Source: Vicugna vicugna (Eukaryota). From it: a stretch of 64,000 nt of DNA. The notes beneath the pieces were generated by a model that saw nothing but the letters and a program-made list of their open reading frames with translations, had not been told where the DNA came from and made no database searches. A program made the translations under genes and the position numbers. Below, piece after piece: positions 28,681 through 41,344 of the stretch (position 1 is the stretch's first letter; every line of letters begins with the position of its first letter). The DNA is taken from positions 248,001 through 312,000 of the forward strand of contig MU057503.1 of assembly GCA_013265495.1 (NCBI GenBank), written 5' to 3'.

Positions 28681-29184
28681 ATCTTGCCTTTTTATTGTCA
28701 GACGTACACTGAAATCTGTACTGAAAATACATTTATTAAATTTGTGAGTGCCGTGGTTTTAAGTTCAGATTGACAAATTTACAACCCACCCAGGAAAGGA
28801 ATAATCTTGACAAATTTATAACCCATCCAGGCTCCACCCAGGAGAACAATAATCTTGTTTAAGAAGGGTAGAAGTATTTAGGAGACATAGCCTATGAAGT
28901 GTCACTTTTTAAAAGATATGACAGCAAATAGTTGTTTTGAGGACGTTTTGCAACTTTATTTCCTAAGTTAATGGATAGTTTATACAAATCATGAGATAGG
29001 AAAGGGGGAGCTTTTTTTTTTTAACTTAAGCAAATCTTTAAAATTCATGCAGATTAATCAATCACTTTGTACCTTTCTCTTGCTCTGTACTTTTGTTAAA
29101 GACTGAAAAAGATTCTGGTGTTAAAACCACTACAAATCAATGATATAGTATTCTTGGAAAAATATTTGTCACAGAAAATTTAAA

Positions 29185-29410
29185 TTATGGTTGGAAATTC
29201 AAACTTTGGAATCAGAGATTAAATCCTAACTCTGCTACCTAACAGCTGTGCTTTTGGACAGATTAAACGTCTCCTGATGCCTCACTTTCCCCATCTTTAA
29301 AATCAGAAGAATAGTAGTGATAATACATTCTTTATGAGATAATATATGTAAACTGCATAGCACAGTGGCTGGTACACAAGAAGCACTACATACATGTTAA
29401 TCACCATTTT
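29185..29410 (+). mobile_element. MIR SINE
   Basis: ttaaatcctaactctgctacctaacagctgtg..gcctcactttccccatctttaaaat..gagataatatatgtaaactgcatagcacagtggctgg. Confidence 0.75.
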
Positions 29411-29525
29411 TTGTCATTAGTCTTTGTTATTCTGTGAATTAAAAAATAATAAATCTGTTCTGTTTGTCCCTAAGATGAAAAAGGTCACATATTTCAACCT
29501 ATATGAAAGTATTACAGGCATCTAG

Positions 29526-29894
<369 letters not shown>

Positions 29895-32071
29895 TGAGAG
29901 ACTTGCTCTAATTTAAAGAAATGTAAAATTGTCCTCTAAGTGGCAATTTATCTTTTAAATTTACCCAGTAGTAGAAGCATAAATTGCAACACAAAAATTT
30001 TTCTGGTAGGTTTCAACATGAAAACTGGAGTTTTCTAATGAAAATATTTAATTTTCCCCTGAAAAAATAGGCTCAGACATTCTAGATATTGACTAAAGTC
30101 AGAAAGCTGAAATAGAAAAAATAATCCTTTAAAGACTTTACCATACCCTATGACTTTTAAGGTAAAGACTTTATGACAATTATACATTTAAACTTAAAAT
30201 GACACACTTAGATAAAACAAATTACAGATTTTTTAAAATTAACCTTGTGTATTTGTTACTTTGGTATTTTCTGAATAGTAGAAAAATTAGCCAGTTACAT
30301 CTGTTCACGCTTGCATCAGTTTATCAGCCACAGCTGGAGCCAAAATATTGGCAGTTTTATTATCAAATATTGACTGATGAACAGATGACTAATATGTTCT
30401 AAGAAGAAAGCTAAGGCTTTCTTGATAAGAATTTATTTTTCTGTAAATTTTGCCTTTCTATAAATTGTATTTATAAATCACAATATTACAAAGAATGAGA
30501 AATGTGATATTTGCTCATGTGGTGATATTTCCTATTCAGAGGTTTTCTGCTGATGTTGGGAGCACTGACTGCCTGACTGTTTTACTTTATTTCCCAGTTT
30601 AAATTGTATATTCCTTGAGGGCAAAAACTAGCTTTTTATTTTTTTAGTTCATAATGCTTCAAAAGCCTTCAACTTAAATATTTCAACCTAATAAATTAAT
30701 AAGCTTCTAAGCCCAATTATTGGCATAGTTTTAATCAGTCATTGGATGAACAGATATAAAATAATTTTGAATTATTTCTCTAGATGTTTTATATTTTTAT
30801 CTATGTATGTATATATATATTTATATATATAATGTACCCTTGCTTATCTCCCTATAACAAAGAACAAAAAGAGACTTGAACTCTTAATACTTTTTTAAAT
30901 GTGTATATGCCTAAGTTAAGTACATTTTCAGTTTATATTTAGTCTTCTAATTTCACATCATATTCCTCACTTTTCAATTCTATTCTCCTCTTTAATCTCC
31001 AACCAAAACATCCTGAAGTTTCCTGCATCCTCCTTCAAAGTCTGTTTGACAATACTACCCTCATCTTGCTTTCAAATAAATAATATATCTCGTTTATATA
31101 TAATATATGAATTTGATGTTACCTTACATTTTAACAATGATGATTCTTCATTTAGTCAGTAAGTATTTGAGTAGCTTCTATATATAGGACTCTGTTCTAA
31201 GCAAGGTTAAAAGACAGCTGTCTCTGATTTCAAAAGGCTTATAATCTAAAGATGACAGAGAAATGAATCAACAGTTATATATGATAAGTACTATTAAATA
31301 TCTTAGCTATACAGAATGGAGACAGCTGTCTGAACTGATTTGGGGTTTTAAGGAGACAGGACCAGTGCAGGGAAGTTTGCACAGAGAAAGTGGTGTTTGA
31401 CCTGAGTGTGCAAATACAAATAGTAGTAAACTAGACAAAAGAAGCAAAGATAGTCTAAGCAAAGAGAAGAGTACCTACAGAAGCAGGGAGGCATAACAGT
31501 ACAGCATTAAGGGGAACAGCCTGACTGAGGAAGAGGAGGAGGTATGTGGCAACTGGAGGAAGAGATACAATGCAATGGGGTATGATGGGAAAAGACTTAA
31601 ATATTTTTTATGCCAAAAAGTCCAGTAGATAAGGACTCATTAAAAATACAGTGATGATTGATGGAGCAGTATCCCTAAGATGGTAAGAAAAATTAGAATC
31701 TAGAGCAAATTGGGAATGGAGCTATTAGTATTAAAAAGAAGCTTACCTTTTCTTAGAGACAGGAAGGAAGGAGGCATAGAATTCTATTTCATGTTAGACT
31801 TACTAGGTTAATCTGTGAATAGTTGCATTTATTTATTTGTCCAGCTAACTTGGAAGAGAATTGAAATGTTAAATCCAGTGACCATTAATCCTTTATTTAT
31901 AGAAATCATATTTAATCAATTTTAGTAACTTCCATTAGACCATGTGCGTTTTTTTTTTTTTCACTTGATTTATGCCCTGTCACCACAATTGGTTAGCGGC
32001 TAAAAGTTCATACGATATTTAATGTAATCTTTGAGAGTCATAAGCATTTTAACATTCTTTGTTTGTTTTAA

Positions 32072-32257
<186 letters not shown>

Positions 32258-34110
32258 TGAAAGTCCTAGAAGCCATAAAAGAGAGACTTTCCTGCTGGTG
32301 GTATCTATTGAAATGATCAAGTTACCCACCACATTAAACAAAAGTCTGAGATGGGGAGTTTCAGATAACCGAATGTAAATCCTTTATCAGATTTTAACTT
32401 GTGCAGTACTTGAAGTGAAACACAATGAAAACTTTAACAGAAATTGTCTCTTAATACATTTACAGTCTTGTATTTACAAGCTAAATATATATAGGAAATC
32501 ACAAATAAATCCCTTTTAAGTTTGCTGCTGTTTTGATGAATTATGTTTTCTTTAATTTTTTGGATGTGAGTTAATTGATGACAGATGTTAAATTTGTGGA
32601 TGTTGGTCATTTATTTTGCTCTGATAATACTGCAAGAAAACTATGGCTGGATTTAGTTTTGGATGATCTAGTTCACGTGCATTAGGCTGCCACATATCCT
32701 ACTGTGATGTTTAGCTGCGGTATCAGTGTGGCATAAATACTGCAGAAATATTCTTGGAAAACCAGATTTTCAAATCTTTTCCTAGTGATCAATGTGGGCC
32801 TGTTAAAAAACCAAATCATGATGTAAGAAACAACCTTGAAAACGTTACTTCCTTTTGTAGTATCATAAAAATTCCAGAATATTATGTTCATCTTACTGCT
32901 ACTGTGGAAACAGGTTCTAGATTTCACACTTCATCTAAAGTCACTTTTCAGTTAAATGTAAGTATTTTTTACTGCTATTGGGATCTATTCCTTAGACTTT
33001 CAAGTTCTTTTTGACTTGCTTTTTAAAATGCATATCTTTTAATCTGGTGTTGGTCCAAAATTAAAATTTTTGCTGTCTGTTTTTCTCTACCCCATTTTTG
33101 GTAACTTGGCAACTTGTAGCTCTCCCAGATATTGTAATGTAAGGACAAACTTAATAATATTCTGTATCCATAGTAATAATTACATCGAGCTTAGATGAGA
33201 AATTTTTTTTCATATACTGGCCTTTAAATCATTAACGGACAATTGGCTTTAAAGGTAGATCTGTTAACTTTCTTTGTGTGTTCCTGATGGAATTCACCAT
33301 AGCCTTACAGCTTTTCTCAGAAGGTAACTTGTTAGAAGAGAATTGGCATTTGCATGTTCCAGAGTCAGAACCTGTACAGTATATAAAGCATACAAACCTT
33401 GAATTTTATTTTAGTTCAACACATTCAAGGATCCAGGATGCCAAAAATATGTGTGAACATTTGAAACATTTTTCATTTGCTGCTTTTTCCCTCTGATCTA
33501 GTTGAAAGAATGTATTGTTAATTGGCATACAATACTGCCTTTAATAGAAAATCTAAATGCTGGGGCACATTTCACATATCGACTACCTGAGAAATTGCTT
33601 TGTGTCCCACTGTTATTAAAGCAAAAAGTATAATGTTCTTCACTTGAACTAATCAAATACAATAGATTATAAATTGTGTATTGTAAATAAAAGTTCACTC
33701 TGTGAGTGCACATTTTGGTAAATTATTTATTTATGTTAGCATTTAAAAGTAAAAAAAAAATGCATTCTACCAGGATAAATGAGGTATGTTGATCATGGCT
33801 TTGCTTTATACCTTGATATTAAAACTGGTTTTTCATCCTGGTATTTTAAAAGCTGCTTTGGGTTTTTCCTTTTTTTCTTTTCTTTTCTTTTCTTGTTTTT
33901 TTTTTCTTTTTTTCTTTTTTTTTTTAATGTAAACTAACCTCCTGCATGACAGAGGTTAAAATTTCGTCTGCACTTGAGTTCACTTGAGTTTACATTTGAA
34001 ATGTGCATGTTTATTTATACAGATTTCAATAAAGCTATTCAAGGCCTTATTTAGTCTTTTATTTCTTACTCTGAATCTTTTAATAAAAATCCTGTTTTGT
34101 GATAGGTGAC
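32258..34110 (+). other. USP15: USP15 3' UTR (proximal part) with tandem poly(A) signals
   Basis: AATAAA at 32504-09, 33686-91, 34028-33 and 34082-87; no recognisable interspersed repeat; true end unknown. Confidence 0.75.
33863..33925 (+). repeat. T-rich (CTTTT)n / poly-T tract in USP15 3' UTR
   Basis: Read directly. Confidence 0.9.
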
Positions 34111-34639
34111 TATATGCTAGACTTTATTATCATTTAGTTACAAAGGAAAGCATGTCCAAAGCAAAACGAATCCTATTCTTAAGGACATGTTTTAAAGCTG
34201 ACTTTTTAAATTTAAATATTTAGTCATTAAACAAATATTTGTGCACCTACTAATCACTGTTCTAGAGTCTTGAAATAAAGCAGTAAACAAATATACGTAT
34301 GCTCACAGAGCTTGCAGTCTTTCAGCTGTCTACCAACTAATAGACTTTTTTTTGAGATTTACAGAAAAATCAAAATTAACTTTTTCTAGCTCTGGATTGT
34401 AGCGTCTACCCTAGTTGCCCGTTGAGATCATTCCTTTTTAACACCTTTGATTAACTTCTATTCCCACTAAAAGAAGTGTGTTTTTTAAGTGGAAAATGAT
34501 GTTAATGATGCCACTGAATTTGTCAAACTCAAATGGCATTTTCAGCTGCAAAAAAGTAAACTATAAAAATAGTGCAAGACTAATCCATAGTCTATTTAAA
34601 AGTAGATACTCATAGGTAATTCAGGGTGGTGGGAATATA

Positions 34640-35035
34640 TCCAGTCTAGAATTCTAGTTTTGCTATTTAGTAATCATATGACTTTAAACTTGCTCTCTCC
34701 TAGGCTGTTTCTTTGCCTGTAAAATAATGATTGCAACATTTATTGAGCACTTATCTTCGACCAGGTACTGTATTAAAGTGTTGTCTGTATTGTCTCATAA
34801 TCCACAATAGCTATGAGATAGGGACAGCCATCATCCTCATTTCTCAAAAGGAGAAACCAAGGTACACAGCAGTTAAAAAGTATTTCCACGTTCACACAAT
34901 TGCTGTATGGTGGCCAATATGCTATCCTCAGATATATCTTCTACTTCCCACTAGTTATAGTGTCTGCCTCACAGGATTGTTTAGAGCTCAAATGAGATCG
35001 TCATGTATTTTATGGGAAGGTGCTTTGTAAACTGT
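34640..35035. mobile_element. MIR (+) interrupted by an opposite-strand MIR (about 34725-34950)
   Basis: + core ctgtttctttgcctgtaaaat resumes at ctgcctcacaggattgtt..aaatgagat; between them the antisense tail aacatttattgagcactt..gagaaaccaagg. Confidence 0.6.
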
Positions 35036-38000
35036 GTGGCATACTCATTACTGACTTGTTCAGAGTAAACAGAGAGTCGTCTTGAAGTCTAATAACTTTG
35101 CTTCCAAAAGTATCTTCAGGTTTTGTTTGAGTACTGAGTAAGAAAAATACCAGCTGGAATATCGACTAACCATTCCTTTTTAAAATTAACTTTATTCAAC
35201 TTATATACGTTTATTACAATTTTAGTTAAATTTTAAATATTATATACATTTTTTCCTAATCTTGTTTGTCTAACTCAGGTGTGCACTTTTTTACATTTCC
35301 CCAAATTCAACCTTGATTTTCAGGACTATTTTTCTTCACCTATAATTTAGTTTTAATTAATCTCTGTGAGAAAGCTGCAGCCTGATGCTTTATTTAAGTA
35401 TCTTGCTTTCTCTTATAATCTGTGTTCTTTTAGTAGTCCTGTATTTGTCCTTGCTTTTCTGATAACTAGATATAAAACCACATAAAACATTGATTTGGGC
35501 ATGAAGAAAGGAAGTACCAAAGCCATTGATTCGATATAAGGACAGTACTTTTTCACCAGTAAATTTCATTGAGGTGAGGACATCTTAGGAGAAATAAGCC
35601 AGGAGACCGTCAAAGTAAGTGGAGTCTCCTTCAGAAGGAATGTGCCAGAGTGCCAGGGGAGGGTGGGAGAGGCATGCCAGTAGGAACCTTTCACCCCAGA
35701 GAAGAACGTACCATCTCTGGCACTCTCTGGTGCATGGTGATAATAAAAAGGATGCCAACTTTTAGTCTGTTTCATTATCTAAGTTTTTTACAGACAATAC
35801 ATTTCATTATGGCCTGCTTCCCACCCTGCCACGTTGGTATGCTTCTGATCTTTGCTTGTGCAGTGTAGATGAGCGCGTTCTCTCCAGCTTAGTTTTAGGT
35901 AGAAAAGTGGAGAATTCTTGTATACTAGAGAGAGGAACCAGAAGTCTTCTAAAATCTCAGAAGAGTAAGAAGGAAAGGAAAATTTTATTTCTAGAGTAAA
36001 AGAAGGATAGTGGAGATAGTTGTTCATTTTTTTTTACTCTACAATAAAATTTTTATTTTTATTTGAAACAACTTCACTTGAAAAGATAATTATGTTGATA
36101 ATGTGCAGCTGCTTGAAGGGCCAGAGGGCAGAGAAAGGGGGAGAATGTGTTTATTTTCTTGCTGACTTACATATCAAGTTGCAGAGCTATATACCGTGTT
36201 GTTTCATTATCAGATTTATTAAATGAGATATATAATTTCTATTATGAGCATTTAGGTTGGGAGCATTTAAATTTAGTATGTATATTTTTCATGTGTTTAA
36301 TTCCTATTTATTATATATTAAAGCAAAAGAATTTCCAAATAGCTCAGATGACACTTTCTTTTAAAACTGGATTAAGTATATTCAAGTTTCTATCAGCTAT
36401 GTAAAATAGGTTTTTAAATATCAGAATTGGAAAGCTAAAATGTACATAGTGAAAAATTCAAATTCTGATCTATCCTTATTTGCACTAATGATGGGGTAAA
36501 GAATTTTTAAATGGATAACATAAAACAGACAGTACAAAAATTATTTTTGGCAAATATATACATTGGGAAACATACTCTATATCATACCATGGTCTAACTG
36601 TAACCCAGCTCTATCTTTGGGAGCCTGGAAATTGCCAGGATAGTGAAAGGAAAAGACTCTATAGTTTGTTAAGGGAATCCAGAAAGTGGATAAACTTCTC
36701 AAGGAAAATCAAGAGTTTGCATAATATTGTGGACTAGAGTCTCAAAGGACAATCAGTCAAATGGATTTTGATGTCATTTTTTTTCCTAGAAATGTCTATT
36801 AAGTATGATTATATAAAGCAGCTAAAAATACAGCTATCTCTTCAGAAATTGTTCTTTTAAATGGAAATGCTGTAAAAATAAGACTGCACATTCTCAATAT
36901 GCACAAAATCAAAATTTTAAATGTTTAAATTGTTTTGGTAATTAACTACATTCTACTGTAGAAGATCATGGTTGAAGTTGGTGCTCATTTTGCTCAAGGT
37001 TTCCCTCATACTAGAAACTTGTAGCTTGTTCTATATAGTTTGATGAAACAAAAACTAGTTTCATTTGCTGTGACCTTCAAGTCCATTGCTAGCTGGAGTT
37101 AAATCTACATACATAAAAGTAGACAATAAATATGGAAACATCTCAACAGTCTTTTCCTATACTGTGTATTCTTACAGTTTTCTCGGTAATAACAAATTTG
37201 TAACATTTCCCAAACTGTTGTTTTAAACTTTAAATATCACCTTGCTTTTTAATTCTTAGTTAAAACTTTTCAGGACTTTTAAACTCTGTAACAAACAGAA
37301 GTCTCTCTTTAAAACTTATTTTGCTTTTCTTTTAAGCATTATAAAGGAACATTGCAGGTTAACAGGCACTGTGACTCATTTTTCCTCTGCTCATTGATAC
37401 TTAGGTATGCTAGGTCTCGAATACTTTAGACTCATGTGTTCTCCTTAGTCTGGCCTTGACATGTCACTCTTTCAGCTGGCTTGCTTTCTTCTGGCCTTGC
37501 ATTGTCCCTATAAGTAGTGAAAGTGTTTCATTTTCTCTGTAATGAGAACTATCTATTCATTGTATGAAGTAGGCAGTTTTTAAATTCTCTAAATTTATCA
37601 GAATTAATTCCATCATGACCTTTTAACTCATTTCCCAAAGAAACTCAAGATGTCCAGGTTCATCTCCCAAACTTCCTAATTTCTGTAGTGAATTTTCAGT
37701 TTCCTGAAAACTACGTAAGACAAAGCAACCTACACACAAATACGAATTATTTTAGAATTGTCCTCATTTAAGAAAACCAAAAAATAAATGGTAAATATGG
37801 AGAAATTATAGTACAGTTTTTTTTTTAATATGAAAAGGAATCCTGTGGAACTCTTAAATATTGCATACCTTTAGTAAGGTAAAACTCCTTGATTTATAAA
37901 ACAGAATTACACTCAGTTGTGAACCGTGTTATCTATTGTGTGAAGTGAATTAATATTGCAGATCCAAATAGTAAATATTGATAATCATAGATGCTTGGGT

Positions 38001-41000
38001 AGGATGTTTGTTGAGAGACAGGGTTGGAAACAGTCTATATTTAGAACCATTTCACCACCACTAGCTCTTAGACCATTTATTAGCTTCTGAATTTTCATTT
38101 TCTCAACCATAACATGATACCAGTTTCTTGTGAGGTTATGTGAGTCAATGAATATGGAGGTGTAAATTTTGAGGTTTAGCAAAGTAAGGCAATATTTCTT
38201 ATGGAAATCTAAGGAGTGTTCTATCATTACTCATGAAAGACTTCTTCAATGGAAAGCCCAAATTCAGCTTTTGGAGTTATTGTTAAAGTATGTATCTATG
38301 TGTGTGTATATATATATATACACAAACACACATTTTTTTTTGCCAAAGAATAACCAGTTATGGGTCAAATTAGTATTTGTTTCTTCATGTTCTAAGTTTT
38401 TCTCTTAGCTCCTATTAAAGACTTGAAGCAGAAGCCTTAGTGTAGTGGCAAGTTTGAAAATTAAAATTTCATCATGGGTATTAAAATCCAGTTAGTTATA
38501 TAATATCTAACAAATATGATTTTTAAAGGTAATTTTGAGCATAACTAAACATCTTTACATTTAGAACGTTTTCCTCTGCCTTCAGCAGATATGAACTATC
38601 TTGTCTTTTTTCCCCCAATTTCGTTAATCAGTATCTAAAATAATTTGAGTAAAGACAGTCAAACTCTAGAGGTTATGGCTTTTACTTTGTTTGGATATAT
38701 TAAGTAACAATTACAGGTATGTTAATTTAACCACTATTAAATAAGTCTGCATGTTATGGCAGACTAAGATATCCCATCTCCTTTTTTAAAAATATAAATG
38801 TACAATCAGATCTGCTCACCAGGATTATGTCTCTTGGCCACCAGTCCGTTCCCATTCTGTTGCCAGAGTGATTCCATTAAAAGAAAAAAAATTTTTTTTT
38901 CCTCTCTTTAGCTTAAAGTTCTCCTCTGAAACCCTCCATGAATACGAGAGTGGTTCAGAGTGTAGGCTCAGGAGTAAAAGCACCTGGGTTCTGGGTTACC
39001 TACCACTTTTCTGCAAGTCATATCACCTCTCTGAGTCTCACTTAATTTACAAACCTGAGCAGCTCCAGAATTTCCATCTAGGAGGGCTTGGGATGAACAG
39101 TCAGATTAGAAGAAAATGTGAGACACTGTTAAAACAGCGTATTTGCTTAGTAAGCACATGGCTTTCCTCAGAACAGTCAGTTTACGTGTGTTGGAAGGCT
39201 ATTAATAGTTATTTGTGAGGAAACCAAACTCCCCATCTATCTGAACCATCCACTCCTGGCACTGAGGATTACCTTACATTTTAGATGACTGTTAGGTAAA
39301 AATTGTGTCCTGATCATTATGAAGACTGCAGCCAGCTTTATTACTACTAACAAAGAAGTACGCAAGTGTGGGAATGATTGTTCTCTCTGTCCAAATGAAA
39401 GTAATTATCACTATTCAATACCATTCATACTCAAGTTCCAATAAACTATCAGCAAGAGAACAAAGAGTAGGGTAACAGTTCACCCAGACTGCCTGTTTAA
39501 CTGGTGATCGAGAGAAAAGTCGGAGAACTAGCTCTTATCCAACTCATCACCTTCCCTCAGACACATCATACAATTTGACAACTCTGGGCTTTCCCACATA
39601 CCATTGTGTTTAATGGCCTGCCTTATCTCCTACCTGGCAAACTCCTACACACATTCTTCAAGACCAGTCCCAGCATACACTTGCCTGCTCTTCCAGACAC
39701 ATCAGTTGTCACATTGGGCTATAATTTACGTCTCTCTTCCCCCATCAGACTGAACTAGTCTGATGGAAGGGTCTTGTTCATAGATGTTAAGGTGGTGTCG
39801 GGGATAGTATATGTTCCTAGATGTGATAATTATTAAATGAGGAAATTTGCTCAATATCTGAAGCGCCATTGTATTGTGATTTTGTTTTGTCCCTGATGTA
39901 TTACTGAGTGCGTATTTTAAGCTTTCAAAGTAAGTTTACCTTATGAATGTGCATTAAAAATAGGTATGTTTAACATACAGTAACATTCTAAATTCAGTAT
40001 CATTTACAAAATTTGGAATATTCAAAATTAAGTGTAAAGAATAGTAACATTTCTTTTATATTTTCTAAAGACATTTTTATTGTAAAGAAATCTGTCTCCA
40101 ACCCAGATTCTATCTGGTTTCCATGGCAAAGTAACCATTCTGTGACTAGGCTAATAGCCTTCTTATCTAATATCACAGATACAGCATCCTGAAGTCGTTT
40201 CCCTTAAGATTGTCCATTTTACTTGAGTCCAAGGTTTTCTGGGAGAATTAACAGCTATGAAAAGTAAGATCTAGATCCTTTTTTGCCTCTGCATTGATCG
40301 ACAATGTAGTCACCAAGTTTGTCTTCCTGTGTCCTCGGAGAAGGTAGAGTTATTAAATGCTAATGAGAGCTTACCTACTAATTGCTTCCAAGCAACCTGT
40401 AAAATGATACTATGTTTAAACAAGCACTGCCCTGAGACTCCATTCCCATGAGAGCCCACAATTTGTATAGTATGAATAAGCCTGGATGAGTTGTTACCGC
40501 TGTCCTGAAATAGAAGTCTGTAAATCACCCCCAAGCACACTGAAATAGTGAAAATACTATTCAGTTAGAATATACAAAGATAGGTGTGCAAATTACTAAT
40601 TTGGGAAGTGAAACAGTACAGTTTTCGGAGTTGAATTCCCATTTTTAAAAAGACCTCACTTTTGAGACAAAAAAAAAGTCTTGTTGATAGCGAAGGGCAA
40701 GACTCAGTTTCCTAACAGGATAAGTTAACTTTGAAAGCAAAAGGAGCCAAATGTTAAGCAAAAAGAAGATAGTCAAGTCTGATTGGGAAAGGAAGATTTT
40801 CTGTGTTGTTTTTTTTCTTGTGAGGGTGGTGTAAGCTATAAACATATTTTCATGGACAGATTTTCCCTTTAAACAACTAGGTAGACTTGGAGCATCTGGA
40901 TCTTCCTACTTCTACTTTGAAAAAAAAAGGATGGGGAGCACATGAAAGATGAAGTATTTAATGATACCAATCGTAGTTGTCTCAAGATAAAAGAGCCCAA

Positions 41001-41344
41001 GCAGAATTACTTGTACACATAAACCACTGACAAGATTTTTAAACCCTCAATGATTAGACCCAGAAGGAAAATTAAATTGTTTAACTTGCTCAAAATCTGC
41101 TTTTCAAAGCACATGCAAATCATCTAATTGATAGATATTCTAGAAATAAGTAATACAGAAGTATGTAATTTTAATATGTGTGCAGCTCACAATGAGATGA
41201 AAGGTGCTAAGACCAGGTGTTTTCTTTGGTACTGGTGCAGTTGTTGGAACTCTGAAAACGCTTTCATGCTAAAATTATTAGCAAATACAGAATTTAGCTT
41301 CAGAGTTTAGTCCTACAAGCCCTTATTGATATAGAACTACGTAC

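Noticed and set aside
28770..28857. CRISPR-like repeat of about 37 nt
   Set aside because: Only two adjacent diverged units, no spacers, mammalian intron.
37035..37110. C/D-box snoRNA (TGATGA with a short stem)
   Set aside because: No properly placed terminal CTGA or closing stem, and it lies outside any identified intron.
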